A stretch of 64,000 nucleotides of DNA from Chiloscyllium plagiosum (lineage: Eukaryota): the NCBI RefSeq assembly GCF_004010195.1, contig NC_057759.1, positions 5,384,154 to 5,448,153 of the forward strand, read 5' to 3'. Made by a program: the position numbers and the translations under genes. Below the pieces are notes generated by a model. That model did not search any database. It saw only the letters and a list, made by a program, of their open reading frames with translations, and was not told the DNA's origin. Positions 1 to 12,850 of this stretch are shown piece by piece (position 1 is the first letter of the stretch; the number at the start of each line of letters is the position of its first letter).

Positions 1-275
1 AACAACATTCTGGTATATCTTTTCTGAACCCTCTCCAGCTTAATAATGTTCTTCCTCTAACAGGGCAACCAGAACTGGACACAATACACCAGAACAGGCT
101 TCACCAGTGTTCTGTACAACCACAACATGGTGTCTGAACTCCAACACCCAATGGTCTGAGCAATGAAGGCAAGTGTTCTAAACACCTTCTCAAACACCTT
201 GTCTTCCTGTGACACAAATTCCAAAGAATTATGGACGTGCACTACTCGGGTACTCTGCTCGACCACACTACCAAT
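1..275 (-). mobile_element. CR1-clade LINE fragment
   Basis: LYRTLVKPVLVYCVQFWLP. Confidence 0.8.
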
Positions 276-1284
276 CTTACACACCTCTGTCATGTCCCCT
301 CCCCCATCAACCTTCTCTGTTGTAAAGGAAACAACCCAAACTTCCGTCCAACACTTCCAGGAAGAGATTTGTTTTTGCGGATCTTCCCAATCAGATAAAT
401 ACCAGCATGAACGCTGACCAATACGTGACGGTGTAGGATCAACACCTCACAGAATCACACTCACCATTTAATCGACTTGACCCGATCTGTGTATTTGAAA
501 TTTCTTGCAGGTCTGTCCTCACTCGTGCCCTCAGCTTGATCTTCCATTACCTCCCTTGAAATGAAATATTTCCGGATCATTACCCAACCAAGTTCCAATC
601 CCGCTCGTGATAACAACTTGCTGCTGTTTGTGTACAAAAACCCCTGGCAACGAGGTCACTGAGCCAAAGTCCCAAGGAATGACCTCCTGGAAATGTCTGG
701 AATGTGGCTCAGAACTTGTACGTTCATAGAATCATAAAATTTTACTGTACGGAAGGAGACCATTTGTGTCTGTACCAGCTCCTGAACGAGCTACCCAGCT
801 AGTCCCAGTCTCCAGCCCTATACCATCATCCCTTTGAAATTTATATTGAGTTCTCTTTTCAAACCTCCTATGCAATCCACCTCCACCACTCTCCCAAGCA
901 GCACGTTCCAAACCCAACAACCGAAATAAATTTCTCCTCTTCTCACTCTCTCACTGACAATCTTGAAATTCTGACCAGCCAGTTAATAATAGACTAATGA
1001 GTGCGAAACAATAATTTGCTTTCCCGTAGAATTGTTCAAATTTTCAACATCTCAATAAGGTCAACATTTCATCTTCTCTGCTCGAAAGAGAATAAACTCA
1101 ATCTCTTGAAACTTTCCCTGAATCTAAAATCCCTCATCGTTGTGATCATTCTCATAAATCTCCTTCACACTGTCTCCAGGGTTTGAACATCCGCCCTTAA
1201 GTAAGGTGTCTAGAACAGAACAAAACCAAACCAGCCTGGTAATAGAAGGCCAACTCCCTTTGTCAAATGTATTTCTAAATTCAG

Positions 1285-1302
1285 CTACTGTTGCCTGTGA
1301 AG
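1285..1302 (+). CDS. Candidate 18-nt mini-exon (stalk or split signal peptide)
   Basis: atttctaaattcag|CTACTGTTGCCTGTGAAG|gtaagg, phase 1-1, encodes xTVACE, in frame with the TM exon. Supported by splice signals only. Confidence 0.3.
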
Positions 1303-4300
1303 GTAAGGTGTTACACACATACAAAGAAATACCCAACAGATCAAAGATGTATCTCCAATATAATCTAATATTCTCCATTCAAGACTTGTGCTGTCACTGG
1401 AACTGATTTCTTTACTGCTCTCTGCTTTGTGTTGAGTGTCAGGTTAGCTCAGTTGGCGGGATGGCTGGTTTGGAATGTGGAGCAACATCGACAGCATGGG
1501 TTTGAATCTCTCACTGACTTGAGGTTACCATGAAGGACTGTCCTCCTCCACTCCTTCCCTTGTGTGAGGCATGGTAACCCTCATTTCCCCTTACCCCAGT
1601 TCCTAACTTCCAGCTCAGCACTGTCCCCATGACTTGTCCTACCTGCCTATCTTCTCACTCAAACGCTCTTACTGCCACAAAACATCCACCATGAATTCCC
1701 CTTCCTCATTAAAAATCTCTTTATCTCGGCTTGAATACACTCAGTGAGCCAAGCTCAACATCACTGTGTGGTAAAGAATTCCACAGATTAGCTCCCTCAG
1801 AGAAAATAAATTCCTTCCCATTTCCATCTTCAATGGGCAACCTCCTTTATTCTGAGATAATGCCCCTCTGGTCCTAAACTCTCCTACACAAGGGGAAACA
1901 ATCTCTCTCTCCTCCCTTTTCAGGTCCCTCTAAGAATCTTCAATAAGGTCACCTCTCATTCTTCTGAACTCCAACCAGGACAGACCCGACCTACTCCTAC
2001 CCAACCTCTTCCTCATTAGACAGTCCCTCCATATCCGGGATCAGCTGTGAGAATTTTCTCTGCACTGTCTCGCTGCCCAGACTATATATTCTCAGATATG
2101 GGGGACCCAGAACTGTTCAATGTATTTCACATTGGATAAATATTAGATAAAGTGAGGTGTTGAATTTTGGTAAGGCAAATCAGGGTAGGATTTATACACT
2201 TCGTGGTAGCATTCAGGGGAATATTGCGCAACAATGAGACCGAGGGGTGCAGGTTCATAGTTCCTTGAAAGCGAGTTGCAGGTGGACAGGATAGCGAACC
2301 AGAAGGCATTTGGTACACTGGCCTTCATTGGTGAGTGCACTGTGCACTGAGTATAAGAATTGGGATGTAATGTTTTCGCTGTACAGGACATTAGTCATGT
2401 CCTTTTTTTGGAATACTGGATGAAATGCTGGTGTCCTTGCTATCGGAGAGATACTGTTTAAGTTTGAAAGGTTTTGGAAAATATTTACAAGGATGTTGCC
2501 AGGGTTGGAGGGTTTGAGGAATAGGGAAATGCTGAATAGGCTGGGGCTATTTTCCTGTCTACCATCGACAAGGCACAAGTCAGAAATATGATGGAATATT
2601 CCCCACTTGCCTGGTGCAGCTCCAAGAATACTAGAGAAGCTCAACACCATCCAGGACAAAATAGCTCCCCACTTGATTGGCACCACATCCACAAACATCC
2701 ACTCCCTCCACCATCGATGCTCAATCTTAGCAGTGTACCATTTGCAAAATTCACCAAAGTTCCTCATAAAAAAACTTTCAAACCCATGACCACTTCTATC
2801 TGGAAGGGCAAGGGCAGGAAATACGTGGGAATGCCACCCCCTACAATTTCCCCTCCGATCCACTCATCATCCTGACTTGGAAATATATCAGCTGTTCCTT
2901 CAGCATTGTTGGGTCGACATCTGGAAATTACCTCCCAAAGGTCATGGGGGCCTACCTGAAGCACATTGACTGCAATGGTTCAAGAAGGCAGCTCACTGTT
3001 ATCGTCTCAAGGGGGAAGCTATACACTAAGGTGATTAATGCAGGGCATAGCCAGTCGCAACCACATCCTCTAAGTAGAAAATAAAGTAGTGTCAGTAAGG
3101 GACAGATTCAAATGAGGTTTATTAGGAATTAGTTAAGTGTATTACTGTTAGTTGGAGTTTTCAGTGCTAGTAAGGTTGATCAACCCGTGTTACCTTTTGT
3201 AAGGACAAATAAACTAAAGTTATTATAGCATTGTGCCTCCCACACATCAGCTAAATATTCTCGAGCGTAGTGTCCTGTTTGCCTGCAGTAGTAGCACCAT
3301 GCTGGCTGCCACATGTTCTCCTGCTGTCTCTCCCCGTTGCTGGAATCCTTTGATAATAATTACCTCCTCTTCCTTCATTCCTCAATACTGGATAGAGACT
3401 CGGAAAGGAAGCATATCCCCCTCTTTCCCTGTTTTATTCTTGTCTGGTTTGTGCACTTCTTTCTCCCACATCAGAGACAGTCTCCTCAGAACACACATTT
3501 CATTGTGGGTTGGCTCTGCAAGATTGAAGTTCACACATGTCTTCCGGCTGTCTTCAGTGGCATGTGAAATTAGAGCCCAGCCCACTTCATTGAATCAGCT
3601 TCCAATAACAGACCCCTGTTTATAGACTCACGAGAAGTACACACATAACCGATTAGTAGGCTGTCAGCTGTTCTCTCTTCTTTTGACTGCACTAGTTTAG
3701 CCCATCTACAGGGTCTCCTTTATTGTACCCAATTGATGTGAGAATTGCCACTTCCGTGGTGGCTTGGGTTCCTTCCACTACATCCAGAGAGACTGGGATT
3801 GCAGACTCTGCTGACTGGCTCAAAGACATTTTGATAATTTTTTCCCTCCTCTCTCTCATCTAATCAATGCAAATCCTTTTGTTGTCTGACTACAAGCAAT
3901 ACATATGGATCTGCATATGGCTCAAATTCTGAAATCTTTTTAGCAAATTCCACCAATTGTGTGACTGTAAGTGTGTTCGTGTACGTTAAAGCTGGGGCAT
4001 CGGCGTCCCTGACCGGTCTTTCCATGGTAATCGTGTTCACTGCAGCAGAGGCTAACTCCAGGGTGCTAAACAGGTTGGGTCATCTGGGAAGGTTAGCGGA
4101 GAACCATAATCCTCTGTTCACATGGCATACTGCTGCACATCTTGCCTGAATTCATCTCAGTCTACCTCCTGTCCTTCGCTTTTAACATTTATTGCTGCTT
4201 GTACATCTGCACATTTACGTTTTAACTGACTGACTTCATTCTCAGTGGCTTCTTCAGCTGAAACAACTCACTGGGTGTCCTGTATGCTTTCTCACATTGG

Positions 4301-5847
4301 GTTTGGAATTGCCCCATAATTTCTTTAGTCCTGAGTCGCCACTTTCCTTTGCAACTCTATTTCTTTCCTTGCATTCTCCGTTTCTTTACGAAACTTTTTC
4401 AACTTTACGACTCATAACATTAATAAGAACTGACTTTTTATCGATTTCAACACAGCTAATATTATAATATCAATACAATATAAACTAATAATTAGATCTT
4501 TAATTCTAATTAACTATCTGAACTCTTGAACTTAAATTTGAATGTACAAATACCACTGTGCTAGTTATTGGCCTACATCCACGTGGCAATTTGGTCTCCT
4601 TCTTCTGGTGGTCCAAGGATCATCTTTTCATGGTTGTTCATCTTGAGCTACCACTCCTGAGAGTTGTGTTGTGGTGATTATAATGCCTGAATGTTTTCTT
4701 ATACCTTTGGGAGGGTCTTTGATGCTGACGAATTGATCGATCAGCGCTTGATCACCCTGATCAATTGGGCCTAATCAGATGCTGATGTAATGATGGTGGG
4801 TGGTCCTTGGGCTTCCATTTCTAAGCATTAGGGGCATGGGGGTCAGATAACCTTTCCTAAATGAGGGTGTGAGAAACTGCACACCAGTTAATAAAGTTGA
4901 GGACATTGAGCTTTATTAACTGCTGTCCCTCTGACCTATCACCTTCAGTGATCAGTGCACACATACACCCCCCTTCAGAGTTGTACCCCCTGTTTTATAT
5001 TGTCTTTCAATGTACTTCCCACCAAATTTCATTACTTCACACTTGCCTCTACATCGACCTGGACCTGTCACCAATTTACCCACACCATCAACTTGTCAAT
5101 GTCCTTTTAGAGTTCCACATCGTTCTGATCTTCCCATGTTTTATGTCAATTGCAAACTTGGAATTGGACTCCTACACTGCATGATCCATATCATTAACAT
5201 ATCAAGAGAAGCAAGAGTCCTCAGGCATCCCCCGGAAAGCTCCACTAGAAACTTACTCCATCCCAAAAAATATCCATCGACCGTCGCTCTCTGTTTCCGG
5301 ACACACTTCCACAGTCTTTAGAATTCCACCATTTGCAGGGCAAACTTGGATCCTAAACGCAAGAAGGACGTTCCAGATGACTGGGAAAGAGTTTGGAACA
5401 AGGAGGTCACAGGCTAAAGGAGATGGGGTAGGGCTGAGATGACGAAAAATGTCTTCACCCAGCAAATGGGGAGCCTGTGGGTGTTTTTATCACAGCCAGC
5501 CAAAGAACTTGGAACAGAGGAGGAGGACGAATTCACTGCCCTCAGTGTATGTGCTGGATGCCAGTGCACTGAATAAATTTCAGGAAGAGAAAGGTTTTAA
5601 TCAGTGACGGGTTAAAGGGAGCGCTGACAGGGAAGTGGAGTTGAGGTTGAGATTAAATCAGTTGGGGTCATACTCATCAAATGGGAGAGGTAAATGGTCT
5701 ACTCCTGCCCCTAATTCTTCTGTATCTGGTCCTCCCAGAATTCTCTGCCAATTCAATAGGAAGTGGTTGCCTGCTTTCTCACTGAGCATATTAAAGTTAG
5801 TGACGTTGAGACAAAGTGATCTTTCATTTGACGATTCTGTGTTCCAG

Positions 5848-5991
5848 ATCCCCCTGGAATTTTTGCTTTGCTGGTCAGAGGTTCTGCTGTAGCTGCTGTT
5901 CTCCTCATCACTTTCCTGCTTCTGTTCGCTGTTTGCAAACTCCGTCAGAAAGAGGAAATTCAGGATACCTCCAATTGCCAACCCAGCAGAG
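5848..5991 (+). CDS. Transmembrane exon of the receptor (left copy only)
   Basis: Acceptor attctgtgttccag|AT, donor AG|gtcagt, 144 nt, phase 1-1. Encodes PPGIFALLVRGSAVAAVLLITFLLLFAVCKLRQKEEIQDTSNCQPSR: a hydrophobic helix followed by a basic stop-transfer segment. Confidence 0.82.
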
Positions 5992-6116
5992 GTCAGTTTG
6001 TGGCTGGGCACATGAGAGACAAAGACTGCATTTCCTTGTACAGCTGCTGGTAAAAGTACGGATTTGTGCTTGCTCTGTGTATTCATACTTTTGTGGATGG
6101 CACCAAAACTGGTGGT

Positions 6117-6350
6117 GAAAATGTGTTGCTGGAAAAGCGCAGCAGGTCAGGCAGCATCTAAGGAGCAGGAGAATCGACGTTTCGGGCATGAGCCCTTCAG
6201 GAAGGGCTGAAGAAGAGCTGATTCCTGAAGAAGGGCTCATGCCCGAAACGTTGATTCTCCTGCTCCTCGGATGCTGCCTGACCTGCTGCGCTTTTCCAGC
6301 AACACATTTTCAGCTCTGATCTCCAGCATCTCCAGTCCTCACTTTCTCCT
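6117..6350. mobile_element. Palindromic Penelope-derived mini-element with 15-bp TSD
   Basis: Inverted-repeat structure; TSD accaaaactggtggt at 6102-6116 and 6351-6365. Confidence 0.8.
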
Positions 6351-6457
6351 ACCAAAACTGGTGGTACAGTCAGCAGTGAAGGTTATGTATGTTTACCAAG
6401 AAATCTTGATCAACTTGATCAATGGACAGGTAAATGCGAGATCAAGCATTTTGGTAA

Positions 6458-6776
6458 AGATTAGATTACTTACAGTGTGGAAACAGGCCCTTCGGCCCAA
6501 CAAGTCCACACTGACCCGCCGAAGCGTAACCCACCCAGACCCATTCCCTTACATTTACCCCTTCACCTAACATTACGGGCAATTTAGCAAGGCCAATTTC
6601 ACCTATCCTGCACATTTTTGGATTGTGGGAGGAAACCGGAGCACCCGGAGGAAACCCACGCAGACATGGGGAGAATGTGCAAACTCCACACAGAGAGTCG
6701 CCTGAGGCGGGAATTGAACCCGGGCCTCTGGTGCTGTGAAGCAGCAGTGCTAACCACTGTGCTACCGTGCCGCCCG
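6458..6776 (-). mobile_element. tRNA-derived SINE (HE1/V-SINE type)
   Basis: A/B boxes (tggcacagtgg, ggttcaattccc), core tgtgtggagtttgcacattctcccc and a (TAGAT)n tail. Confidence 0.9.
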
Positions 6777-7157
6777 CTAAAACAAACAAGGGCAAGACTT
6801 ATACGCTGATTAATAGGGGTCTGGGTAGTGTTAACGAACAGAGAGACCTAGAAGTTTAGTTACATAGTTTTGTGAAAGTAACGTCACAAGTAGACAGGAT
6901 GATTAAGGTGATTTTTGGCATGTTTGCTGTCGTCAGTCAGAGCATTGAGTTCAACACCTTTCCACCTCTCCCTGTTTCATTCTGGTGGAGATTCACACTG
7001 GATCTGAAACATTAACACCGTTTTCTCTCTCTCTCTCTCTCTCCACAGATGCTGCCAGGCCTGCTGAGTTTCTCCAGTGCTTTGCATTGGTTTCAGATCT
7101 CCAGAATCCTGCACTATGTTATTTCTTGAACCTTAAAAAATATGTTCTTTGTTTCAG

Positions 7158-7223
7158 ATGACAGTGGTTCCACTTCTGGTGATATTGTGTACTCTGTTGT
7201 TCAAGCGAAGAGGAAAGAAAGAG
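7158..7223 (+). CDS. Cytoplasmic exon with ITIM (IVYSVV), left copy only
   Basis: Acceptor ttctttgtttcag|AT, donor AG|gtaaca, 66 nt, phase 1-1. Encodes DSGSTSGDIVYSVVQAKRKER. Confidence 0.8.
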
Positions 7224-8959
7224 GTAACATGTTTCAAAATAACTTTGCATCACTCTGTCAGGAAGGAAACACAAGATTACATCTTCTAGGAATGGGATCC
7301 ATACAGAACAGAACTAGCCCATTCAGCCCCTCGAGTCAGTTCCAAAATTCAACAAGATTGTGGCTGATCTAATTATCCACTTCGCCATTTTCTCCCCATA
7401 TCCCTCAATGCCCCTTTCTGGTTAAGAATCTCAGCCTTGAATATATTTCATGATCCAGCCTCGACTGTCCTCTGCTGTAAAGAATTCCAAAGATTCACTC
7501 TCCTTAGCAAGAAGAAATTCCTCCTCACGTCTGTCTTCAATGGGTGCCCCCCTTTGTTCTGAGACAATGCCCTTCTGATCCCAGACTCACCCATACAAGG
7601 GGACACAACCTCTCTCTGCATCGCCACCCTGTCAAGTCCGTCGAAGAATCTTAGGTAAGGTTGCCTCTTCTTCTAAACTCCAATCAGGACAGCCCCAACC
7701 TACTCCCTCATCGGATAGGTTCAACCTAGTTCCTCATCAGACAGTCCCCCCCCCATAGCTGGGATCATAACGTCTCTGAACTTCCTCCAATACTCAACTT
7801 ATCTGTCCTCAGATACGGGCCTCCAAAACTTTATCCCAGGTATGGTCTGACTGGTGACTTGTACATTTTTAGCAGAAGCACCCCCACTTTTATACTACAT
7901 TCTCTTCGAAATAAAGGCCACATTCCATTTGCCTTCCCTATACACATTGGTGAGAAGAGGCATGGACGATTTTCTGGGAAAGGCTAAGGAAATCTGAAGC
8001 ATAAAGTGGCTTGGGAGTGCTATTTCAAGATTCTTTTCAGTTTAACAGGCAGTTTCAGTTAGGAAGTCAAATGCAATGTTAACATTCATTTCAAGAGGGC
8101 TAGAATACAAGAGCAGGGATAAACTGCTGATGCCGTATAAGGCTCCGGTCAGACCACAGTTGAATTATGAGCAGTTTTAGGCCCTGTATCTAAGGGAGGA
8201 TGTATTAGCCTGATAGAACTTCCAGAGAAGGTTGACATGAACTGTCCTAGAGATGAAGGGCTTGGCAAATGGATCTGTGCTTGATGAAGTTTAGAAGAAT
8301 GAGGGGTGATCAATTAACTTACAGAATACTGAGAAGCTTGGATAGCGTGCACATGGAGATGTTTCCACGAGTGGGAGAGACAAGGACCCAAGGGCACAAT
8401 CTCAAGTGAAGGGACGACCCTTTAGAACTGAGATGAGGACGACTTTCTTCAGCCAAAAGGTGGTCAATCTGTGAAACTCACTGTCACGGAAGGCTGTGGA
8501 GACCCATTCGTTAAGTGTCTTTAGGACAGAGATGGACAGATTTTGATTAATAAGAGGATCAATGGTTATCAGGACAAAGCAGGAGAATTGGATTGAGAAT
8601 GATATTATCCATGGCAAAATGGCAGAGGAGACCCGATGTGCCTAATTCTGCTCCTATATCTAATGATCTGGTCTCACCTGCAGAATTCAAACACTAGTTT
8701 TTTTTTGTGATTCATGGATGAGGACTGTCAAATCCCTCGGACTCATAGCTTTCTGCAGTCTTTCTCTATTTAAATAATCTTCAACTCCTCTGTTCTTCCT
8801 GCATCACCTTATATTTCCACGTTATATTCAAAGTTTCTTGCCCATTCACTTAACCCCATCTTCGTGGCACACACACCACTTGCATTGCCAACTATTTTTG
8901 CATTACCTGCAAAGTAAGCGATCATCTTACTAACATGATGCTAGTATTGGACTGAGGTG

Positions 8960-9148
8960 GATAAAGTTAAAAATCTCATAACATCAGAGTATAATCCAAT
9001 AGGTTTATTTGAAAGTAATGTCTTTCGGTGCCACTGTTCTTTCATCAGGTAGCTAGTTCCCCAAAGGAGCAGTGCTTGGGAAACATGTATTTCCAAATAA
9101 ACCTATTGGACTATAACCTGGTGCTGTGAGATTTTGAAACTTTGTCTT
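8960..9148. mobile_element. Palindromic fragment of a second Penelope-like family (mirror ~37428-37630)
   Basis: Inverted repeat resembling the PLE end at 25520 (ttaaaaat..acaacaccaggttatagtccaa) with a degenerate CTGATGAA...CCGAAAG core. Confidence 0.6.
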
Positions 9149-9155
9149 ACTAACA

Positions 9156-9468
9156 GGCACGGTGGCACAATGGTTAGCACTGCTGCCTCACAGCGCCAGA
9201 GACCCGGGTTCAATTCCCACCTCAGGCGACTCTCTGTATGGAGTTTGCACATTCTCCCCGTGTCTGCATGGGTTTCCTCCAGGTGCTCCAGTTTCCTCCC
9301 ACAGACTAAAAATGTGCAGGTTAGGTGAATTGGCCAAGCTAAATTACCCTAGTGTTAGGTGAAGGGGTAAATGTAGGGGAATGGGTCTGGGTGGGTTGCG
9401 CTTCGGTGGGTTGGTATGGACTTGTTGGGCAGAAGGGCCTGTTTCCACACTGTAATGTAATCTAATCT
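9156..9468 (+). mobile_element. HE1/V-SINE type SINE (mirror ~37110-37418, minus strand)
   Basis: Same head, core and tail. Confidence 0.9.
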
Positions 9469-9824
9469 TAAAAAAAACTGAGTGTGAAACAGTGATAACG
9501 TATCTCAGAACGAAAATTCATCTGGTTCACTGGTCTCCTTCAGGGAGAGAAATCTCCTTCCTTACCTAGTCTGACCCTGCATGTGACTCCAGACTCTCAG
9601 TGATGTGGTTGGCGCCTAACTTCCCTCGGGAACAATTAGGGATGGGAGCAGTAAATGGTAGGTCCAGTCCGTTTGTGGTTTACTGCACATAGAAGCAGAA
9701 TCAGGTCATTCAGCCCATCGAGTCTGCTCTGCTGTTCAATGTGATATGGGATTCCTTACTGAACTTCACCATTCCCTTAATCTGTGCTGTATTCTTTCAG
9801 TGAGATAATATAGCCCGACATTGG

Positions 9825-10116
9825 GCAACATGGTGGTTGGCAGTGTTTGGCCTCACAGTGCCAGGGACCCAGGTTCAATTCCTGTCTTGGGCAACTGTCT
9901 GTGTGGAGTTTGCACATTCTCCCCATGTCTGTGTGGGTTTACTCTGGATGCTGCGGTTTCCTCCCACAGTCCAAAGATTGGCCATGCTAAATTACCCGTA
10001 GTGTTAGGTGCAGGGGTAAATGTAGGGGAATGGGTCTGGGTGGGTTGCTCTTCAGAGGGTCTTTGTGGACTTGTTGGGCTGAAGGGTCTGTTTACACAGT
10101 GTAGGTAACTAAATCT
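9825..10116 (+). mobile_element. HE1/V-SINE type SINE (mirror ~36470-36762, minus strand)
   Basis: Same core and tail, more diverged. Confidence 0.85.
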
Positions 10117-10727
10117 AAAAAAAAACTCCACCTAACACAACAGCTTTGTCAAGGATACTTAGACTCGAATGTATAATTCAGATGGTGTGGGTATGTTGGC
10201 ACTGACTGAAACCAACTTCTTTCTGCACAGCTTGACAGAAATGTATCCCCTCGTGCCATTCCTACCAGATCCCTGTGCACCCCATTTCTATCCAAATTCC
10301 CTTTTCCATTGAACCTACCTCCAACACATTTCCAGGCAGCGCATTCTACACCCTAACTGGGTGAAAAGATTTATTCCTTGCGTTTCTTTGCCAACTTGCT
10401 TTGTTTCCATATCAGTTTAAATCTTTAAGCTGCCACCACTACCACATCCCCACCACCATTCTCGTTTTTGTTCTTTTTGTGATCAGGAACAGCTTCTCCC
10501 TATTAATTCTGTCCAGCCCCTGCTAACTATTTTGAAAACTTCCCTCATTCTCTGCTTCTCCGCTCAAAGGGAGTACAGTCCCTGACTTCTTTCAGTATCG
10601 TCATCGTTGGAGTTTCTCCTCCCTGGAACCTGGTTCTTGGAAATCTATCACACAAGCCAGCTTTCCATCGACTGACTCCACTTATACTTCTCGCTGCATC
10701 GGGAAAGCGGTCAACATATTCATACAG

Positions 10728-10948
10728 GTAAAAACAATGACTGCAGATGCTGGAAACCAGATTCTGGATTAGTGGTGCTAGAAGAGCACAGCAGTTCAGG
10801 CAGCATCCAAGGAGCTTCGAAATCGACGTTTCAGGCAAAACCCCTTCATCAGCATCATCCTGATGAAGGGCTTTTGCCCGAAACGTCGATTTCGAAGCTC
10901 CTTGGATGCTGCCTGAACTGCTGTGCTCTTCCAGCACCACTAATCCAG
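10728..10948. mobile_element. Palindromic Penelope-derived mini-element with 15-bp TSD; absent from the right arm
   Basis: TSD aacatattcatacag at 10713-10727 and 10949-10963; empty site at ~35870-35884. Confidence 0.88.
10857..10890 (+). ncRNA. Minimal hammerhead-ribozyme-like motif
   Basis: AUC-CUGAUGA-A-GGGC-UUUU-GCCC-GAAA-CG-UC-GAU: conserved core, 4-bp stem II, loopless palindromic stem III and short stem I. Confidence 0.6.
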
Positions 10949-11571
10949 AACATATTCATACAGCCCTCCCAACCTGGTTATACTCTATTACCTCTGAAGA
11001 AGATAGAAGTGTTTGAATATACATACCAACAGAAAAAGAATACCTTCTTCCCCACTGTTACCATATTTTTGAACGGACTTCTCAAATATTAATGTTTATC
11101 CCCCTCTCTGCACCTTCTTTGCAGCTTTAACACTGTATTCTGCAGTCTGTTCTGCTGCCCTGGTGCACTTTGTATGCGATCTGCCTGTAGAGCATGCAAA
11201 ACAAACCTTTTCACTGTTTCTGTGCATCTGACAACAATAAATCAAATAAAAACTACTTCGGCACTCTCTCACTCACTGAGATACATTCATATCTTTTCTA
11301 TAAAGTGGCAAACACAACTGCATGCCATATTCTAGCATGCCATATTCATGTCCAGCAAGCACCTTGTACAAATTCAACATCACCTCGTGCTCTTGGATGC
11401 TGTGTGCTTTAGTAACCATGCCCTCCACCTGTCTTGCCACCCACATATACCGCCCAGCTGCCTCTGCTCGTGCACCTATCTTCTGAACTGACACACAATG
11501 CCAAGGGAGACGGAAAATGCAATCCCTAGCCCTACTGTGCACTAAAATAGTTTTCTGGTTGTTTCTTCCAG

Positions 11572-11596
11572 GTCATATCATGGCAAGAGAGAATCA
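11572..11596 (+). CDS. Tail micro-exon, left copy, 25 nt (1 nt shorter than the right copy; frameshift)
   Basis: ttcttccag|gtcatatcatggcaagagagaatca|gtaagt versus gtcatatcatggcaagaagagaatca in the right copy. Confidence 0.6.
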
Positions 11597-11934
11597 GTAA
11601 GTTCTTGTTATTTCATAGACCTTTACAGGACAAGGAGGGGTTCTTATCAGCAAAGATCTGAAAGCAACACTCTTACTTTTCAGCGCTTTCACCCTTATTC
11701 CCGGAGGCAACAGCAATACAGTTGTACATCTAAATACTTCTTTGAATAACGAGGGTTTCTGCGTCTCCCACTTTCAAAGGCAGAGAGTTCCAGGTAGCCC
11801 ACCATCCACTGGTCGAACAATTTTCTCCGCAAATCCTTTTTTACCTTTGAATCTGTGACCCCTGCTTACTGATTCCATTACCCATTGGAACTGTGCCTTA
11901 CATGTATGAGACTGTCACAGTCTAATACACCTGT

Positions 11935-12130
11935 GAGGAGAAAGTGAGGTCTGGAGATCAGAGATGGAAAGTGTTGCTGGAAAAGCGCAGCAGGTCAGGC
12001 AGCATCTAGAGAACAGGAGAATCGACGTTTCGGGCATTAGCTGAAGAAGGGCTAATGCCCGAAACGTCGATTCTCCTGTTCCCTAGATGCTGCCTGACCT
12101 GCTGCGCTTTTCCAGCAACACATTTCCATC
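11935..12130. mobile_element. Palindromic Penelope-derived mini-element with 14-bp TSD; absent from the right arm
   Basis: TSD tctaatacacctgt at 11921-11934 and 12131-12144; empty site at ~34903-34916. Confidence 0.88.
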
Positions 12131-12679
12131 TCTAATACACCTGTATCAGTTCACCCCTCAACCTTCTCTGCTCCAAACAGAACAATCCGAGCTTATCCAA
12201 GCTCTCCTCATCACTGAAATGTGACACCCAGGCAATATTGCCATGAATCAGCTGTTCACCACCTCCACTGCAAACACATCCTTCCTATAGTGATCTAGCT
12301 GTAGCCCGACCAAAGTCCTGTCCAGCTCAGATATCACCTACCCGCTCTTATAATCTATGTTCCGACTGATAAAGGCAAGTGTCCTGAAGGCCTTCTTAAC
12401 TATTAGCATGTTCTGCCACCTTCAGGGATCTATGGACTAGCATCCTGGGTCTCTCAGTGCTTATGGTATCCTGCAACTTAGCATCTATATCTTAGACACG
12501 TTATCCCTCTCCAAGTCCAATAAAATGATCACACTTAGGAGCGGTAATAGGCCATTCTACCAGCAAAGTCTGCTCTGCTGAATGCAGCTGATTTAATAAT
12601 CCTCAACTTCACTTTCATCCCATAACCCTCAATTCCTCTTCCAGATTAAAAATCTCAGCCTTGAATATACTTCACGACC

Positions 12680-12850
12680 GAGGAGCAGGAAAATCGACAT
12701 TTCGGGCAAATGCCCTTCATCAGGAATTGAAGGGCTTTTGCCTGAAAAGTTGATATTCCTGCTCCTCGGATGCTGCCTGGCCTGCTGTGCTTTTCCAGCA
12801 CCACTCTGACTTAAACTCTGGTTTCCAGCATCTGCAGTACTCACTTTTGC
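12680..12850. mobile_element. Older palindromic Penelope-derived insert shared by both arms (mirror ~34200-34370)
   Basis: Same family as 10728-10948, degraded, present in both arms. Confidence 0.7.

Noticed and set aside
3233..3625. ORF conserved in both arms (also 40649-41035)
   Set aside because: Conservation reflects the recent duplication; it is antisense to a decayed LTR-element remnant with no recognisable domain.
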